A stretch of 64,000 nucleotides of DNA from contig OX597824.1 in NCBI GenBank assembly GCA_951406725.2, positions 50,220,001-50,284,000 on the forward strand, read 5' to 3'. The position numbers were made by a program, and so were the translations under genes. The DNA is from Octopus vulgaris (lineage: Eukaryota). The notes below the pieces were generated by a model. The model was not told the origin of the DNA. It was given only the letters and a program-made list of their open reading frames with translations, and searched no databases. Shown piece by piece: positions 26,683 through 42,001 of this stretch. Numbering within the stretch: position 1 is the stretch's first letter; each line of letters begins with the position of its first letter.

Positions 26683-27231
26683 ATGTACACATTACACACA
26701 CACACACACATACACGCTATCGACAATAATCTACACTTCCAACAGAACCAATCAGAATGCTGGCTGTGAGCGACCTAATTGTTTATTTGATTGCGTAAGC
26801 AATGTAGCTTACGAAATGGGCGAGAAAATAGACCCCTTTAGGGCGATAGTTGAGAATTCCTGTTTATCATTTTAATTAATCGCTTGCCTACTTATTACAT
26901 AGCAACAACAACAACAACAACATCAACATTAACAACAAAGCAAGGCTAAGAACAATGGCAGCTACACCAAGAAGGTAATAGAAATACAATGATTACAATA
27001 TATATAACAACGATGAAATTTTTACAATGACGACGTCGACAATGACAACAATAACAACAACAATAGCAATAACTATAGCAACAACAATTACAGATATCGT
27101 AACATTCCAAACCAGTTCAATCGCTACACTAGACAATCTGTCAGTCAGCAGTCAGTACTTGATTGGTACTTTATTTGATTGATTCTGGTAATATGTAAGG
27201 CAAAAGAAACATTAGTGGGATTTGAACTTAG

Positions 27232-28384
27232 TATGAAGGTCGGCTGAATATTTTATAGGCTGACCAACATACTCATGTAACCAAATGAGGCTTACTTTTC
27301 AACATAGTCCTCACTCCCACTGCTGTGTTGCAGTGTATGGATCTCATTGATGAACAAGCTCTCATTCTGTTCGACAAAAAAGTAAACAGCAGATATGACC
27401 TCATAATCACTGCAATACTGGCTCCCAGGCGAGTGTTTTTGTTTTTTCATGTTGGGGAACAAATGATAATCAGGAGAAGAGGGAGGCTGATCAACCAGAT
27501 CAAAGTTGCAGACACTTACAACAGCCATTGAAATCAAGGACTTGTGTGCTGGAGCATTGTCCTCAAGAAACAACCCCTTTCGTCAGTTTTCTTGGGCGTT
27601 TGGTCTTGATAGCTTTTCGTAACTGCCTCGGCAAGTTGACAAAGTACTCTCCATTAATGGTGTGACTCTTTTGAAGATAGTCAATAAATACAATGCTTTT
27701 GTATCACAAAAATTGAGGCCATCCCCTTCCCTGCAGATGAAATGATAAGCCCAACACTCGTCCTGGCTTAGGAAACGTTCACGAAAACCTGCTGGATCTG
27801 CCTCAAACAATGTCAGATTTTCTCTTGATGTGATCAGCTTGGTGCGTTTTTAATCAGGTGTTAGGAGACATGACACCTACTGAGCACAAACGTTTGTCAT
27901 GTCAAGTTTATTGTGCAAGATATTCTCAACTCTCTCACGAGATATATTAATAGTATTGGCTATTTGATTCATAGTCAAATACGTCATCCATTTCAGTGTG
28001 GTGAACACGATCAGTATTTTCCTCGGTGATGGCAATTTTAGAATGCCCAGACCTTGGGTCATCTTCAAGACTCTCCCTTCTCCTCTTAAATTCAGCTGCT
28101 TACTTCTGTACTGTTGATAAAGCTGGAGCGTTATTGCTTAATGTAGCAACCATGTCAGCATGAATGTCAGCATGAATGTCCTGGAGATACTTGATGAAAC
28201 CACGATGTCAAATTTTGTCCATTTTCAAGAGAATTCGCTACTAGTTACTTTTGAAGTTTTCTTTGAACAATCATGTACCAGTTTACCTGGAAAGAGATAA
28301 TGCAGTTATTAATAAGAGTTGAAATTAATGCGTGCAAGATTTCACAGCTTAAGCAGCCTATTACCTTTCCAGTCCACCCTCGTA
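27232..28384 (-). mobile_element. Old mariner DNA transposon, heavily degenerate
   Basis: Imperfect TIRs TA-tgaaggtcggctgaa..ataggct / agcctatta..ccaccctcg-TA. Fragments ISRERVENILHNKLDMTNVCA, FLSQDECWAYHF, DNAPAHKS..PSSPDYHLFPNMKK..DYVEK. Confidence 0.88.
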
Positions 28385-29042
28385 TTTAAGACACCTAAAT
28401 ATAACCGTCAGCTCTGGAAACGTGGGTGTCTTGGGTGTGGCATTCCTGCAAGTGTTTTGTACTTGGGGAGGAAGTATCGGCAAAGAGGTATTCTTTAACG
28501 CGGATGTGCACCTGTTCTAACTGACCAGTACAAAATAATGCCAAATGCACGTGGCTCATCTACCCGATCAACAATGAGACCACGTCTGCAGACTTACGTG
28601 ATGTATAAAATCATATTTAGTAAATGCCATGGACTCTGAATCGAAAGTACAATAAAACAAGTGTATATCCGGGTTAAAGCTCCTGGTTCGATCCCAGTGG
28701 AAGTGGCAAGATGAGTTAAAGCGAATTAAATATATAATTACTAGGAATGTAAAGTAAGCCAGGCAGATTAAACATGGCAATAGTTTTAGGAAAAAAATTC
28801 AGGCGCTATAAGAAATGTAGACACTATGCCTAGAACATATTTCTCGATTAAATGCATATGTATGGACATATATGTATATATATTTATAAATATATCTATA
28901 TATATATATACATGCATATATATATGTATGTATATATATATAGTGTACATACAAGTACAAGCATATATGCTTCTATATATGTGCGTATATGTATACATAA
29001 GTATATATGTGTATGTGAGTATATGTATATGTATATATATAT

Positions 29043-29153
<111 letters not shown>

Positions 29154-29429
29154 TATATGTGTGTGTATGTATGTATGTATGTATGTATCTATCTATCTAT
29201 CTCAAAATGTATTTGAATAATACCCGCATATAATATTGCCTCTTCAGCAACGGGTTATAGATAGTTATAAATGTGTATGTAAATTCGTAGGTTCGTATTT
29301 ACATGTGTGTATAAACACATATATACATACTTATTTTTGCACAAATAAACTTCATTAAGTATATAAAAATATAATCATGTATACATGTGTGTATATATGT
29401 AAGTATGTATATATGTTTGTATGTAAGAA

Positions 29430-29497
<68 letters not shown>

Positions 29498-30499
29498 CAT
29501 TTGTAGATACATGCAAATGTATGTATATATGTATGTATGTATGTGTATGTATGTATGTATGTATGTATGTATGTATGTATGTATGTATGTATGTATGTAT
29601 GTATGTATGTATGTATGTGTGTGTGTGTGTGTGCGTGTGTGTGTATTTGTATGAATTTTTGACTATTTTTTAAATGAAATATATAACCCTCTTGAATACA
29701 TAAATAATTCTATTAAAATCATGTGTGTATGTCATTGTATGTGCTTATTTCTGTATCTGTATCTGTGTGTGTATTTGAGTGTGTTTCCGTTTGCGGGATC
29801 GTAGTCGGTCGGTCGGTTGGCTGGCTGGCTTCTTGGTTATGTCTATGTGCATGTTTGAGAATACTGAAGAAAAAACAATGTGCTTGGAATGGAATGATAT
29901 GTATGGAAATGGATTAAGGTATGGGGAGAAAAAATAATCAATTATAGCAATACAAAACAAATTTGGCTATGTGAGAAGTTGAAGGTAGAGAGGGTGGAGA
30001 TAATCTAGCAAATAAGAAGAAAAATGATACAAAGAGAAAGAAAAGAAATTCCGAGTTTGGATAAAAAATATATATTTCTAAAGAAGTAAATAGGAAGAAG
30101 AAAGACATTTATTATGTCAAAAGTTAAGACCTGATGATGGCAACACAGAGACAAAAAAAAATATTGAAGAAAAAAATGTGAGCAAAAAACATGAAAGAAA
30201 AAGAAGGAAAGAAATGAAGACTGAAGACTGAAGAACTTTGGTTTTGCCGTCAATGTCAATCTCCCCACTATCACCAACTAACCCTTCCCTATTCTCAAAG
30301 CATCATCATCATCATCTGCAGCAGCAGCAACAGCAGCAACATCACGATTTAGGAAGGATAAAAAATACTGTGAGGAGAACAAAACAGTTTAGGTTGATAA
30401 ACATTCTGTGTAAAATAATCTTATGGAAATTGGCAGAAATACACAGCATATATATATAAGTGTGTGTGTGTGTAAATTTATATATATGTATATACGTAT

Positions 30500-30575
<76 letters not shown>

Positions 30576-30798
30576 TATATATATATATATATATGTATAT
30601 ATATTTATATATATTGGTATAGAATATAATATATAATGTTACTGTTCTTCAACTATAATAAGTATGATTTGCAGACAATTATACATTTATGTGCTCTGTT
30701 GTGATGTCTGTGTGTGTGTGAGTGTATATGTATATGTTAGCGTATTTCAGAAAGAGTCTGGGTATGTACATGTGTATGTTTGTGTGTGTATAGGAGCG

Positions 30799-30875
<77 letters not shown>

Positions 30876-31035
30876 GAGAGCGTGTGTATATGTGTGCATG
30901 ATTGAGAAGAATTTGTGTGTGACTTGTTTTCGTATCTCATTGCTTTTTCTTTGCCTCTCTCTGGATTTCTATGTCTGTCTGTCTGTCTGGATGTATGTAT
31001 GCATGCATGTATATATGCATCACTATATATATATT

Positions 31036-31081
<46 letters not shown>

Positions 31082-31167
31082 TATATACGTATACATATGT
31101 ATATATGTATATATATATATATATGTATGTATTTACATATATACATATATTTATATACATTTATTTG

Positions 31168-31200
<33 letters not shown>

Positions 31201-32340
31201 TCACATACATACATACATAAATACATACATACATATATACATATATATATATATGTGCACATACACTAGCAAACAAACAAACAAACAAACAAATACACAC
31301 ACATATCATGGTGCTGAAATCTTCAGCATTTCAACTTCCTATTGTTTCATTTCAGTATTCATTATATTGTAATGAGGAATCCCTGATAAAAACTAGCGTT
31401 ATATCCAGTTAGTTGGGAGTTGAGTAACAGCAGGATATACAGGGACATTGATGGAGCAGAGTGAATATTGGGAAGGAGTGAATAAATAGGAAGAGAGGAG
31501 AAAAAGTAGTAGAGTTGTTATTAACGATGAATCTGTTATGTCGATTTAAACGATCAGAATTAATATATTTTAGAGTAACGCAAAGTGTTTAACTATCATG
31601 ACAACGGTTGGAATGAGACAAATCAATTGACTAGATCGCTGTTTTTGTTTGATGAAACGTGTCATATTGGTTAAATATTATTTATTTCAAAAATACCTCT
31701 CCGAGAAGAGGAAATCACCTTTATTGATTATTTAAAATTATTTGTTCGGATAAACAGTTTAAAATATTTAGGTGTTCAAATCAATTATGCTCACAACACT
31801 GTACCTATTCTGAATGTCTGATGATAAGATTGGAGGTTGGAAAGAATGCACGGCTCGTTCAAATTGTTCTAAGGTTTGTAAAACAGTTTTCATTCGATAT
31901 CAAAATGTGCGTTTTTCGAGTGAAAATTTCTGATAGACAAGCTTCAGTCTATGCTTCTACGTTGGAGGCGGAACGTGTAGAATAATTAATTGTAACAATA
32001 TTTGAAAACACAAAGTTAAAACTTATATATAATTTAGGGATTCTGCATGATTTGTGATTGGAGAAGTTTCTTCTTATTGTATTTACTACACTATAGAATT
32101 GTCCTAAATCCAAGCTCAAACTTTGACTGTTCTAAATCACTATACACAACAGCAATGACAACAACAACAATAATCGTTTCTACTAAAGGCACAAGGCTTG
32201 AAATTTTGAGGGAAGGGATAGTTGATTACATCGACCCCAGTACTTGAAATAATGAAAGGCAAAGCTGACCTCGGAGGAATTTCAACTCAGAACACAAAGA
32301 CAGGTAAAATGCTGCTAAGTATTTTGTCCGGTATGCTAAC

Positions 32341-32720
<380 letters not shown>

Positions 32721-32734
32721 TAATAATGATAACA

Positions 32735-32960
32735 ATAGTAATTGATGCACTTGAAAGTATCCGCACTCAACTACCAACATGGCTCAAAAAGATTGGTGCA
32801 AATATAAAGATAGAACACCTACAAAAATCAGCATTGCGTGGCACTGCAAGATTTCTTTGCAGGGTTTTTGAAGCATGACCAGTTAACAAGTGTCACCTTA
32901 TTCTGCTGGCTGTGGAAAGCTGACACTTTCCAATATACCCAACAAAATAAACTTCATCAA
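32735..32960 (+). mobile_element. Extreme 3' fragment of a Dong/R4-type LINE
   Basis: VIDALESI..IKIEHLQKSALRGTARFLCRVFEA* followed by a short UTR, between TAA-type repeats. Confidence 0.75.
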
Positions 32961-33018
32961 ATAACAACTACAAGAATAACACAGCAGCAGCAGCAGCAAC
33001 AACACCACCATACTAATA

Positions 33019-34048
<1,030 letters not shown>

Positions 34049-34062
34049 GTAATAATAATAAT

Positions 34063-34620
34063 AAATGCCCTGATGCAGTATCAGGCAGTGGCTCTCATGG
34101 CTTCTGATCTTAACTGACTGGAGGTGTTATCATGTACATTGTTTTGTCTTGGTATAAAAGATGGGCTACAGCAAATATTCTGCTCAATACCACAGATTTG
34201 CTTGTCAGTTGTTTGACCTTAACCAGTTGAGCATGTCCCTTAGTGGCTGACGATATGTGCATCTCTGGTCACGAGCAGAAGTAGTGTGGGAGGCATCATA
34301 GCCATGTGTTGAGAGGGATTCTTTGGGGTTTGAATAATTCACCTCTGGAAACACGGGTGTTTCGTTCAACATCCTTAAACAACCCTTATTCAGGGACCTT
34401 TTGAGCGGGATGGGTTACTCGATCAAAAGAAAATTCTAACTGGGCCCCATCTGCAATGTCATGTGCTGTTTATCTTGATATGAAATCACCATGTCGCGCA
34501 CATATGGTTGTGATGCATGCGCCTGGTGTACCCTTATCAGACGGGTACTCATGATGAGTATACTGGGCTTCGTATATTTTACCCCAGTGTCACTTTGATG
34601 GCATGCACTGCTCTCTGACA
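34063..34620. mobile_element. ~560-bp non-coding element in (TAA)n; copies at 36871-37437 and 37517-37998, partial copies at 38975-39210 and 59545-59715
   Basis: Matching ends aaatgcc(c/t)tgatg(c/t)agta..ggcagtggctct ... catgcactgctctct; the full copies are bounded by (TAA)n. Confidence 0.85.
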
Positions 34621-34633
34621 TAATAATAATAAC

Positions 34634-35997
34634 GTTACAAGGAAAGCTTGTCAGGGCAGAAGGCAAGTGGTGAAATGATGACGGCAACTGAATCTGAATC
34701 TGGATATAAATACCTGGGAATACTCGAGGTAGATGGAGTTAAGCACAGCAATATGAAAGAAAAGACAAAGAAAGAGTATCTGCGTACCCGAGAAAAAAAA
34801 CTGGATTCAAAGCTGATTGCCAGAAACATAACTTCGGCAATAAACTCGCACGTAATCGTAATAGTTTGGGTGTGGCACGGAAATTCTGAAGTGGACAGAG
34901 GTGAAGCTAAAAGAGATGGAGAAGAAGATAAGAAAACTCTTAACGATGCAAGGAGCCCATCATCCACGTGCTATCACTGCTCGCCTATACATGGAGAGAA
35001 TAAATGGAGGAGGGGAATTGATAAGTATGGAAGACCGAGTACGCATCGGACTCGGGAGCTTACTGAGATACCTAGCCCAATGTAAGGAAACCTTGCAAGT
35101 GTCGGTTAGGAAGGAGGGCGTATTAAGAATAGAGAAACAGGGAAAAACAAAGCAAGAAGTACAAAAAGGAGATCGAGAAGCATTACGAAACAAGGAAGTA
35201 CGCGATCGATTCCATGTAGTCACAACTGGAGTTGTTAGAAAAGAGGTGGGACCGGCTGAAGGAAGAAACACTAAAAAGAGACTGAGTGCACAAGACCAAG
35301 CTTTGGCCACGAACTGGATGGTCAACTTTGCAATGAGCAAGTGTCTCTACTATTCCACATCTGTATTAGAGTGGACGAAACCATTGCCCATATCGTGATC
35401 GAATGCCTTAGACTTGCCCAAAACCATTGCTGCTTGTGGCAACACGATGAGTCAGTGAGTGTGTTGCACTGGAAACTGCGAAAAGTGGGTTGAAGAGAGA
35501 GGCAAGACGTTGTATGAGCACAAGCCGCAGAGAGTGGCGGAGTCGGAGACCTGCAAAATCCCGTGGGATATCCCAATCCAAACAGATCAGATGCTGAAGC
35601 ACAACAAACCGGACATAGTGGTGGTGGACAGTGTGCATCACATATGCTATATAGATGATGTTGCTTGCCCATTTGCCCCACGAATAGAAAAGAAGGAAGG
35701 TGAAAAAATAGATACATAGAATCCTCTTAAGTACGAAATACCCTGGATATGAAAAATGAAGAAGGTGAATATATGCCATTTATTATTGGGTCCTTGGGGA
35801 CAGTATTAGAGGAATATAAAAGAAATCCGAATAGAGTGCCCAGTAGAACTGTTACAAAAGGTTTGCTTTCTTGTCACAGCCAGAATAGTCAGGAAAGTAA
35901 TCGAAAGTTGAAAAGAACAGATAGCATGGTAACGTAGGCTGCAGGCTGCGAGCCCGCTACACATGCAAGACCCCAGGAGTTCCAACAAAACCTCAGT

Positions 35998-35998
<1 letters not shown>
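34634..35998 (+). mobile_element. Older degenerate Dong/R4 LINE fragment (end of RT through endonuclease)
   Basis: YKYLGILE, HHPRAITARLYMERINGGGELIS, AQDQALAT, WDIPIQTDQMLKHNKPDIVV, PFIIGSLG; frameshifted; bounded by TAA. Confidence 0.85.
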
Positions 35999-36071
<73 letters not shown>

Positions 36072-36097
36072 TAATAATAATAATAATAATAATAAAT

Positions 36098-36400
36098 AGA
36101 GGTAATAGAGGAAATAGAGGTAACCAGAATGTGGAATCTGAAAACAGAAACAATTCCTATCATAGTAGGTGCATTAGGCATGATAAAAAAATATTCAGAC
36201 AAATACATAACAAAAACACCAAGACTTACAAACACATATAACATACAGAAAATTGCACTACTAGGCACTGCACACATCCTACGCAGAACACTTTCCATAC
36301 AATAACCATCAGAGCATCACAACAAATCACAACACATACCCAAGGCACACAGAGCTGCGCTCGGTAGTGAAGTGAAAGCATGCTATAAAAATAAAACTAG

Positions 36401-36402
<2 letters not shown>
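36098..36402 (+). mobile_element. 3' fragment of a further Dong/R4 family in (TAA)n
   Basis: EIEVTRMWNLKTETIPIIVGALGMIKK..IQKIALLGTAHILRRTLSIQ* plus UTR. Confidence 0.85.
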
Positions 36403-36494
<92 letters not shown>

Positions 36495-36673
36495 TGATGA
36501 CGACGACGACGACGACGATGACGATGACGACGACGACGACGATGACGATGACGATGATGATGATAATGATGATGAAGATGATGATGATAATAATAATAAT
36601 AATAATAATAAATGCCTTGATGTAGTACTGCGCTCGGTAGTGAAGTGAAAGCATGCTATAAAAATAAAACTAG

Positions 36674-36755
<82 letters not shown>

Positions 36756-36870
36756 TGATGACGACGACGACGACGACGATGACGATGACGACGACGACGA
36801 CGATGACGATGACGATGATGATGATAATGATGATGAAGATGATGATGATAATAATAATAATAATAATAAT

Positions 36871-37437
36871 AAATGCCTTGATGTAGTACCAGGCAGTGGC
36901 TCTGGTGGCTTCTGATCATAAATGATTGGAAGTGTTATCATGTACATTGTTTTATCTTGGTATGAAAGACGGGCTACAGCAAATATTCTGCTCAATACCA
37001 CAGATTTGCTTGTCAGTTGTTTGACCGTAACCACTTGAGGCACGTCCCTTAGTGGCTGACGATATGTGCATTTATGATCACGAGCAGAAGTAGTGGGGGT
37101 GGGGAGAATCATAGCCATGTGTTGAGAGGAATTCGTTGTGGTTTGGATAATTCACCTTCGGAAAAATGGGTGTTTTGTTCAACATCTTTAAACAACCCTT
37201 ATTCAGGGACCTTTTGAGCGAGATGGGCTACTCGACTTGAAGAAAATTCTAACTGGGCCCCACCTGCAAGGTCATGCACTGTTTATCTTGATATGAGATC
37301 ACCATGTCGCGCACATATGGTTGTGATGCATGTGCCTGGTGCACTCTCATCAGACTGGTAGCCATGGCATCAATACTGGGCTTCGTATATTTTATCCCAG
37401 TATCACTTTGATGACATGCACTGCTCTCTCACTCAAT
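36871..37437. mobile_element. Second full copy of the 560-bp TAA-associated non-coding element
   Basis: Aligns end to end with 34063-34620. Confidence 0.85.
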
Positions 37438-37458
37438 AGTAATAATAATAATAATAAC

Positions 37459-37519
<61 letters not shown>

Positions 37520-37997
37520 GCTCTGATGCAGCACCAGGCAGTGGCTCTCATGGCTTCTGATCTTAAATGATTGGAAGTGTTATCATGTACATTGTTTTGT
37601 CGTGATATAAAAGATGGGCTACATCAAATATTCTGCTCAATACCACAAATTTGTTTGTCAGCTGTTTGATCTTAACCAGTTGAGCATGACCCTTAGTGGC
37701 TGACAATATGTGCATCTCTGATCATGAGCAGAAGTAGTGGGGTGCATCATAGCCATGTGCTGAGAAGAATTCTTTGAGGTTTGGATAATTCAACTTTGGA
37801 AACACGGGTATTTCGTTTAACATCCTTAAACAACCCTTATTCAAGAACCGTTTGAGTGGGATGAGTTACTTAACCCGAAAAAAATTCTAACTGGGCCCCA
37901 CCTGCAAGGTCATGCACTATTTATCTTGATATGAGATCACCATGTCGTGCACATATGGTTGTGATGCATGTGCCTGGTGTACTCTTATCAGACGGGT

Positions 37998-38970
37998 AAG
38001 GTGCCCACTGGTTGAGCAGCGCAGGGTCGGGCGTAATCCAGAGACTGCTTATACACAGAGGCAAAAAAGAAGGTGGGATAAGGAGGCAAACCGAACGGTA
38101 ACTGCATGCTGGATCAGGAGTTAACCCAATAGAGGGGGATTTCGACAACGCATGAAAGCAAAATAGAATGAAATAGGTCTCTTTGAAATAAATGAGCAAC
38201 GGCTAGCCGACGAAACAAAAGCAATGAGCAAAAGGGTGGTTAAAAGACATGGAAATTGAAGAGATAAAATGGAAAGTAGAAAATAGAAATAATACTTCAC
38301 CAACAGATAACGTGCCCAGCGAGGACAGAGAAATGAGTGACGGCAATGAAGACATAGAACAAATTGCAAATGTAAATTCATTCTCAGCAAACGAAGCAGA
38401 AGTAATGAGTAGAGCTATATCACAAGAATATAATGATGAACGACAAAACATATTGTACCGTATATTAGAGAAGACCAGGATCAAGCACCCACCCAATCTA
38501 AAGTACATTGATCGACGCAAGCTCAAAGTTGAAACCGAAAAGATAGATTCGGTCCTTGGGCTATTCCAGACGAGAAATATAAATGAAACTAACTAGGTTA
38601 TTTGGGCTGCAGCTATGGTTGCTGCAGACAGAGTTGGATAGAAAAGAAAAACACAAACAGAACGTAAAGAACCATACTGGCAGAGACGAATTTGTGAGAA
38701 ACAAAGTTAAAATGACATGTAAGGCAAGTTGATAGATTGAGCAGAGGGGAATTGCTGAACGAAAGCATAAGAATAATGCTGGAAAGAACATATAGAATAA
38801 GAGATAAAGGGTATGGTGTGATATTGGAAGAATTGAAACTAAGAGTAGTAACAATCAAAGCAAAAGTGGAAAGATATGACAATAGAACAAAACAATCCAG
38901 GCAAAACAGATTGTTTGAAGTAACTGTGAAGAGACTGTTTCTGGAACTAGATGTAACCGTGCGAAAGTGG
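37998..38970 (+). mobile_element. Degenerate N-terminal ORF region of a Dong/R4 LINE
   Basis: RQKRRWDKEANRTVTACWIRS*PNRGGFRQRM..NEQRLAD, then KEPYWQRR and AKVERYDNRTKQSRQNRLF, the last homologous to AQRIRRFEKRNKFYKQNKLF in the 42065 ORF. Confidence 0.75.
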
Positions 38971-39778
38971 GGTCTAGAGAGAGGAATTCTTTGGGGTTTG
39001 GATAAATCACATCTGAAAACATGAGTGTTTCGTTCAAAATCCTTAAACAACCCTTATTCAGGGATATTTTGAGCGGAATGGGCTACTCAACCCGAAGAAA
39101 ATCCTAACTGGGCCCCCTCCTGCAAGGTCATGCACTGTTTATCTTTGTATGAGATCACCATGTCGTGCACATATGGTTGTGATGCATGTGCCTGCTGTAC
39201 CCTTATCAAATTATAATCTTCATCTTTTACATGTTCGTTCACATCAAGGATGCTTTAAAATAATATCAAATATTTCCGAGTAATGGACTTTATTTAACGA
39301 CTCCAGAAGGATAACTGGTAAAAATACTTTGTTAAATTTAATTCAGACCGTAATAACCTCATTGTAAATACCTCAGTTCTCTGATGTAGTAAATTCTACC
39401 AAACCATCATCTATAATATCACATTTTCAGCTACACATGCTTCCAACATACACCTGACTGCCCATATTCTATACATGACCTTCTATTCACTTCAAATGAT
39501 GCATGAATTTAATACAGATATACATACGTGCCGACCATTATTATTAGTTGAAGTGAAGGGTGTTACGATGATTTCAACGATGGTTGTTCCTGGGAGTTTA
39601 ATCAACTGAACCATCTGCTGAATGTATTAAAAGTGACTGAGTATTCCGTGGCTGCTATCACCCTTAGCATAATGCTCCAATTGTCTTCATAATTATTTGG
39701 GATCAAAAACGTTCATTAACATTTCAAAACCTTCTTGGTTCCATCTTCTGAATGAAGTGTTCATGCCACATTTTGTTG

Positions 39779-39828
<50 letters not shown>

Positions 39829-40296
39829 AATTATTGTATACATTTCTCAGGTGCACCACAACGGGTCACGAAAACTGATAAAATCATTATCGTCGGATTT
39901 TATATTGTTAAATTATTAAACTCCGTTAGTTTCATAATTTATTTTACATGTAGTTATTTGTATATATTATATGCAATGTATAATGCACACACACACTTAC
40001 ATATAGACATGCATATAAGTTATTCGTGTGCGTACGTAAAAATATTTATACGTGCATACAAGGACACACACACGCGCGAGCGCGTACGCACACAGACACA
40101 CACACACACACACACATACAGACACACACACACACACACACACACACGTATATGTATACTAAAACTGTCTATTTGTATACTGATAAGATAGAATGACAGT
40201 TATAGATTGTAAAAAATTCGGAATAGGAAGAAAAAAAAGGAAATTGGAAAGAAATTATTGAATGGAAATTATAGAATGAAAGAATGGTAGACGGAA

Positions 40297-40363
<67 letters not shown>

Positions 40364-40838
40364 TAAATTTATGAAGGAAAGGATGAGAAAAAGACATGGA
40401 GTGAGAGAGAGAAATGTTTTTAGTTGAAAAACGAACAAAAGAAAAAAAGATTAAAAAGTATCAAATAATTCGATAAAAACAAACCACGAAAAAGTATAGG
40501 AGTGTTTGGAGGAGAGCATCTATAGAAAACTATTTATGCTTTTTCGTATATAGTGAGATTAGCGAAGGAGATGGTAAAAAGAAAAAAAAACACTATAGAC
40601 ATATGTAGAGAGAAAATTACAGAGATAATTGTCATTTTGCGATGTTAGGAAGATGTAAACACAACGGAATACTGGCTTAGAGTTTCATGGTATTTTATTT
40701 CATACGATTTATTTTTGTGTGTTTACAAGGAGAAATATGGAAATAAAAATAAAATGAATGTAATGAGTGTTCACACACACCTACACATACATACATATAC
40801 ACATAGTATAATATACATATATATATGTATAAACACAC

Positions 40839-40897
<59 letters not shown>

Positions 40898-41252
40898 ACA
40901 CAGCGTATATATATTCATGTATGTAGGTAGTAGGTATGTGATGTAGGTGTAAGTATATAATTGAAGATTTTGAAAAAATACGATTTCTATAATTTCCTTG
41001 TTTGACGGAAAGAAATATATTTGTAAACATGGAAATAGGTTTTGGCATATACGTCTGTCCGTCTGTTTGTCAGTTTGTATGCATGTATGTATGTGTGTAT
41101 GTATGTACCTGTACACGGTGTTATACACACAAACACACACGTGATTTTATTTTGTGTGTGCGTGTGCGTGTGCGTGTGCGTGTGCGCGTGTGTATACATG
41201 CATATACAAACATACATACAAGCAACCACACGCACACACGGATACAGACACA

Positions 41253-41313
<61 letters not shown>

Positions 41314-41927
41314 CGTGTTGTGTCTGCAGAAATATATATCTGTGTGTTTACATAAAAATTGGAAATGAATCTCTGTCAATTACGACGATGATTATTTCAG
41401 TTGTTTAATCAATTGAATAGTTGAAATATTTAATATAAGTGGCTGAATATTCCGCAGAGAGTTATAACTGTAAAATCGTCGCCATGTAGAATAAGCATGT
41501 CATGGGTGTCACAAGGGTAGTCCTTTGAATTAGAAATACTCTGTACTAAACATGCTGGCACACTTCTTGCTTCTACGGAAGAGAGAAGTAAATAGACAAG
41601 TAGAGAAGGAGGGAGGGATCTTATTTATTGAACCGGAATCCTCCCAAGGGTGTAGACCGAATACGCTAATTACGATTTTATAAACTCGTACATATAACGG
41701 CGACTTCGGAAGTCAGAAGGTTGTTACAGTTGACTGAGGTGTGTTTCATCTGAGAACGTATAAGGGAAACCAGTATATACTAAAGGTTATTTTCTCTGAC
41801 TGTCTACTGATTGTGCCAGTCCATGTTGCAGGAGGGGGAAGGCGTCACGACTGAATTATATGTGTGTGTGGGTAATATATATATATATATATATATATAT
41901 GTACTAATAATAATAATAATAATAATA

Positions 41928-41997
<70 letters not shown>

Positions 41998-42001
<4 letters not shown>

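Noticed and set aside
29220-29260. Minus-strand CTGAAGA-GGCA..TGC
   Set aside because: No GAAA or stem III follows; at most a truncated relic.
34340-34400. CTGAATAAG..GAAACACCCGTGTT on the minus strand of the 560-bp element
   Set aside because: Spacing does not fit CUGANGA next to stem II and there is no stem I; only a hairpin.
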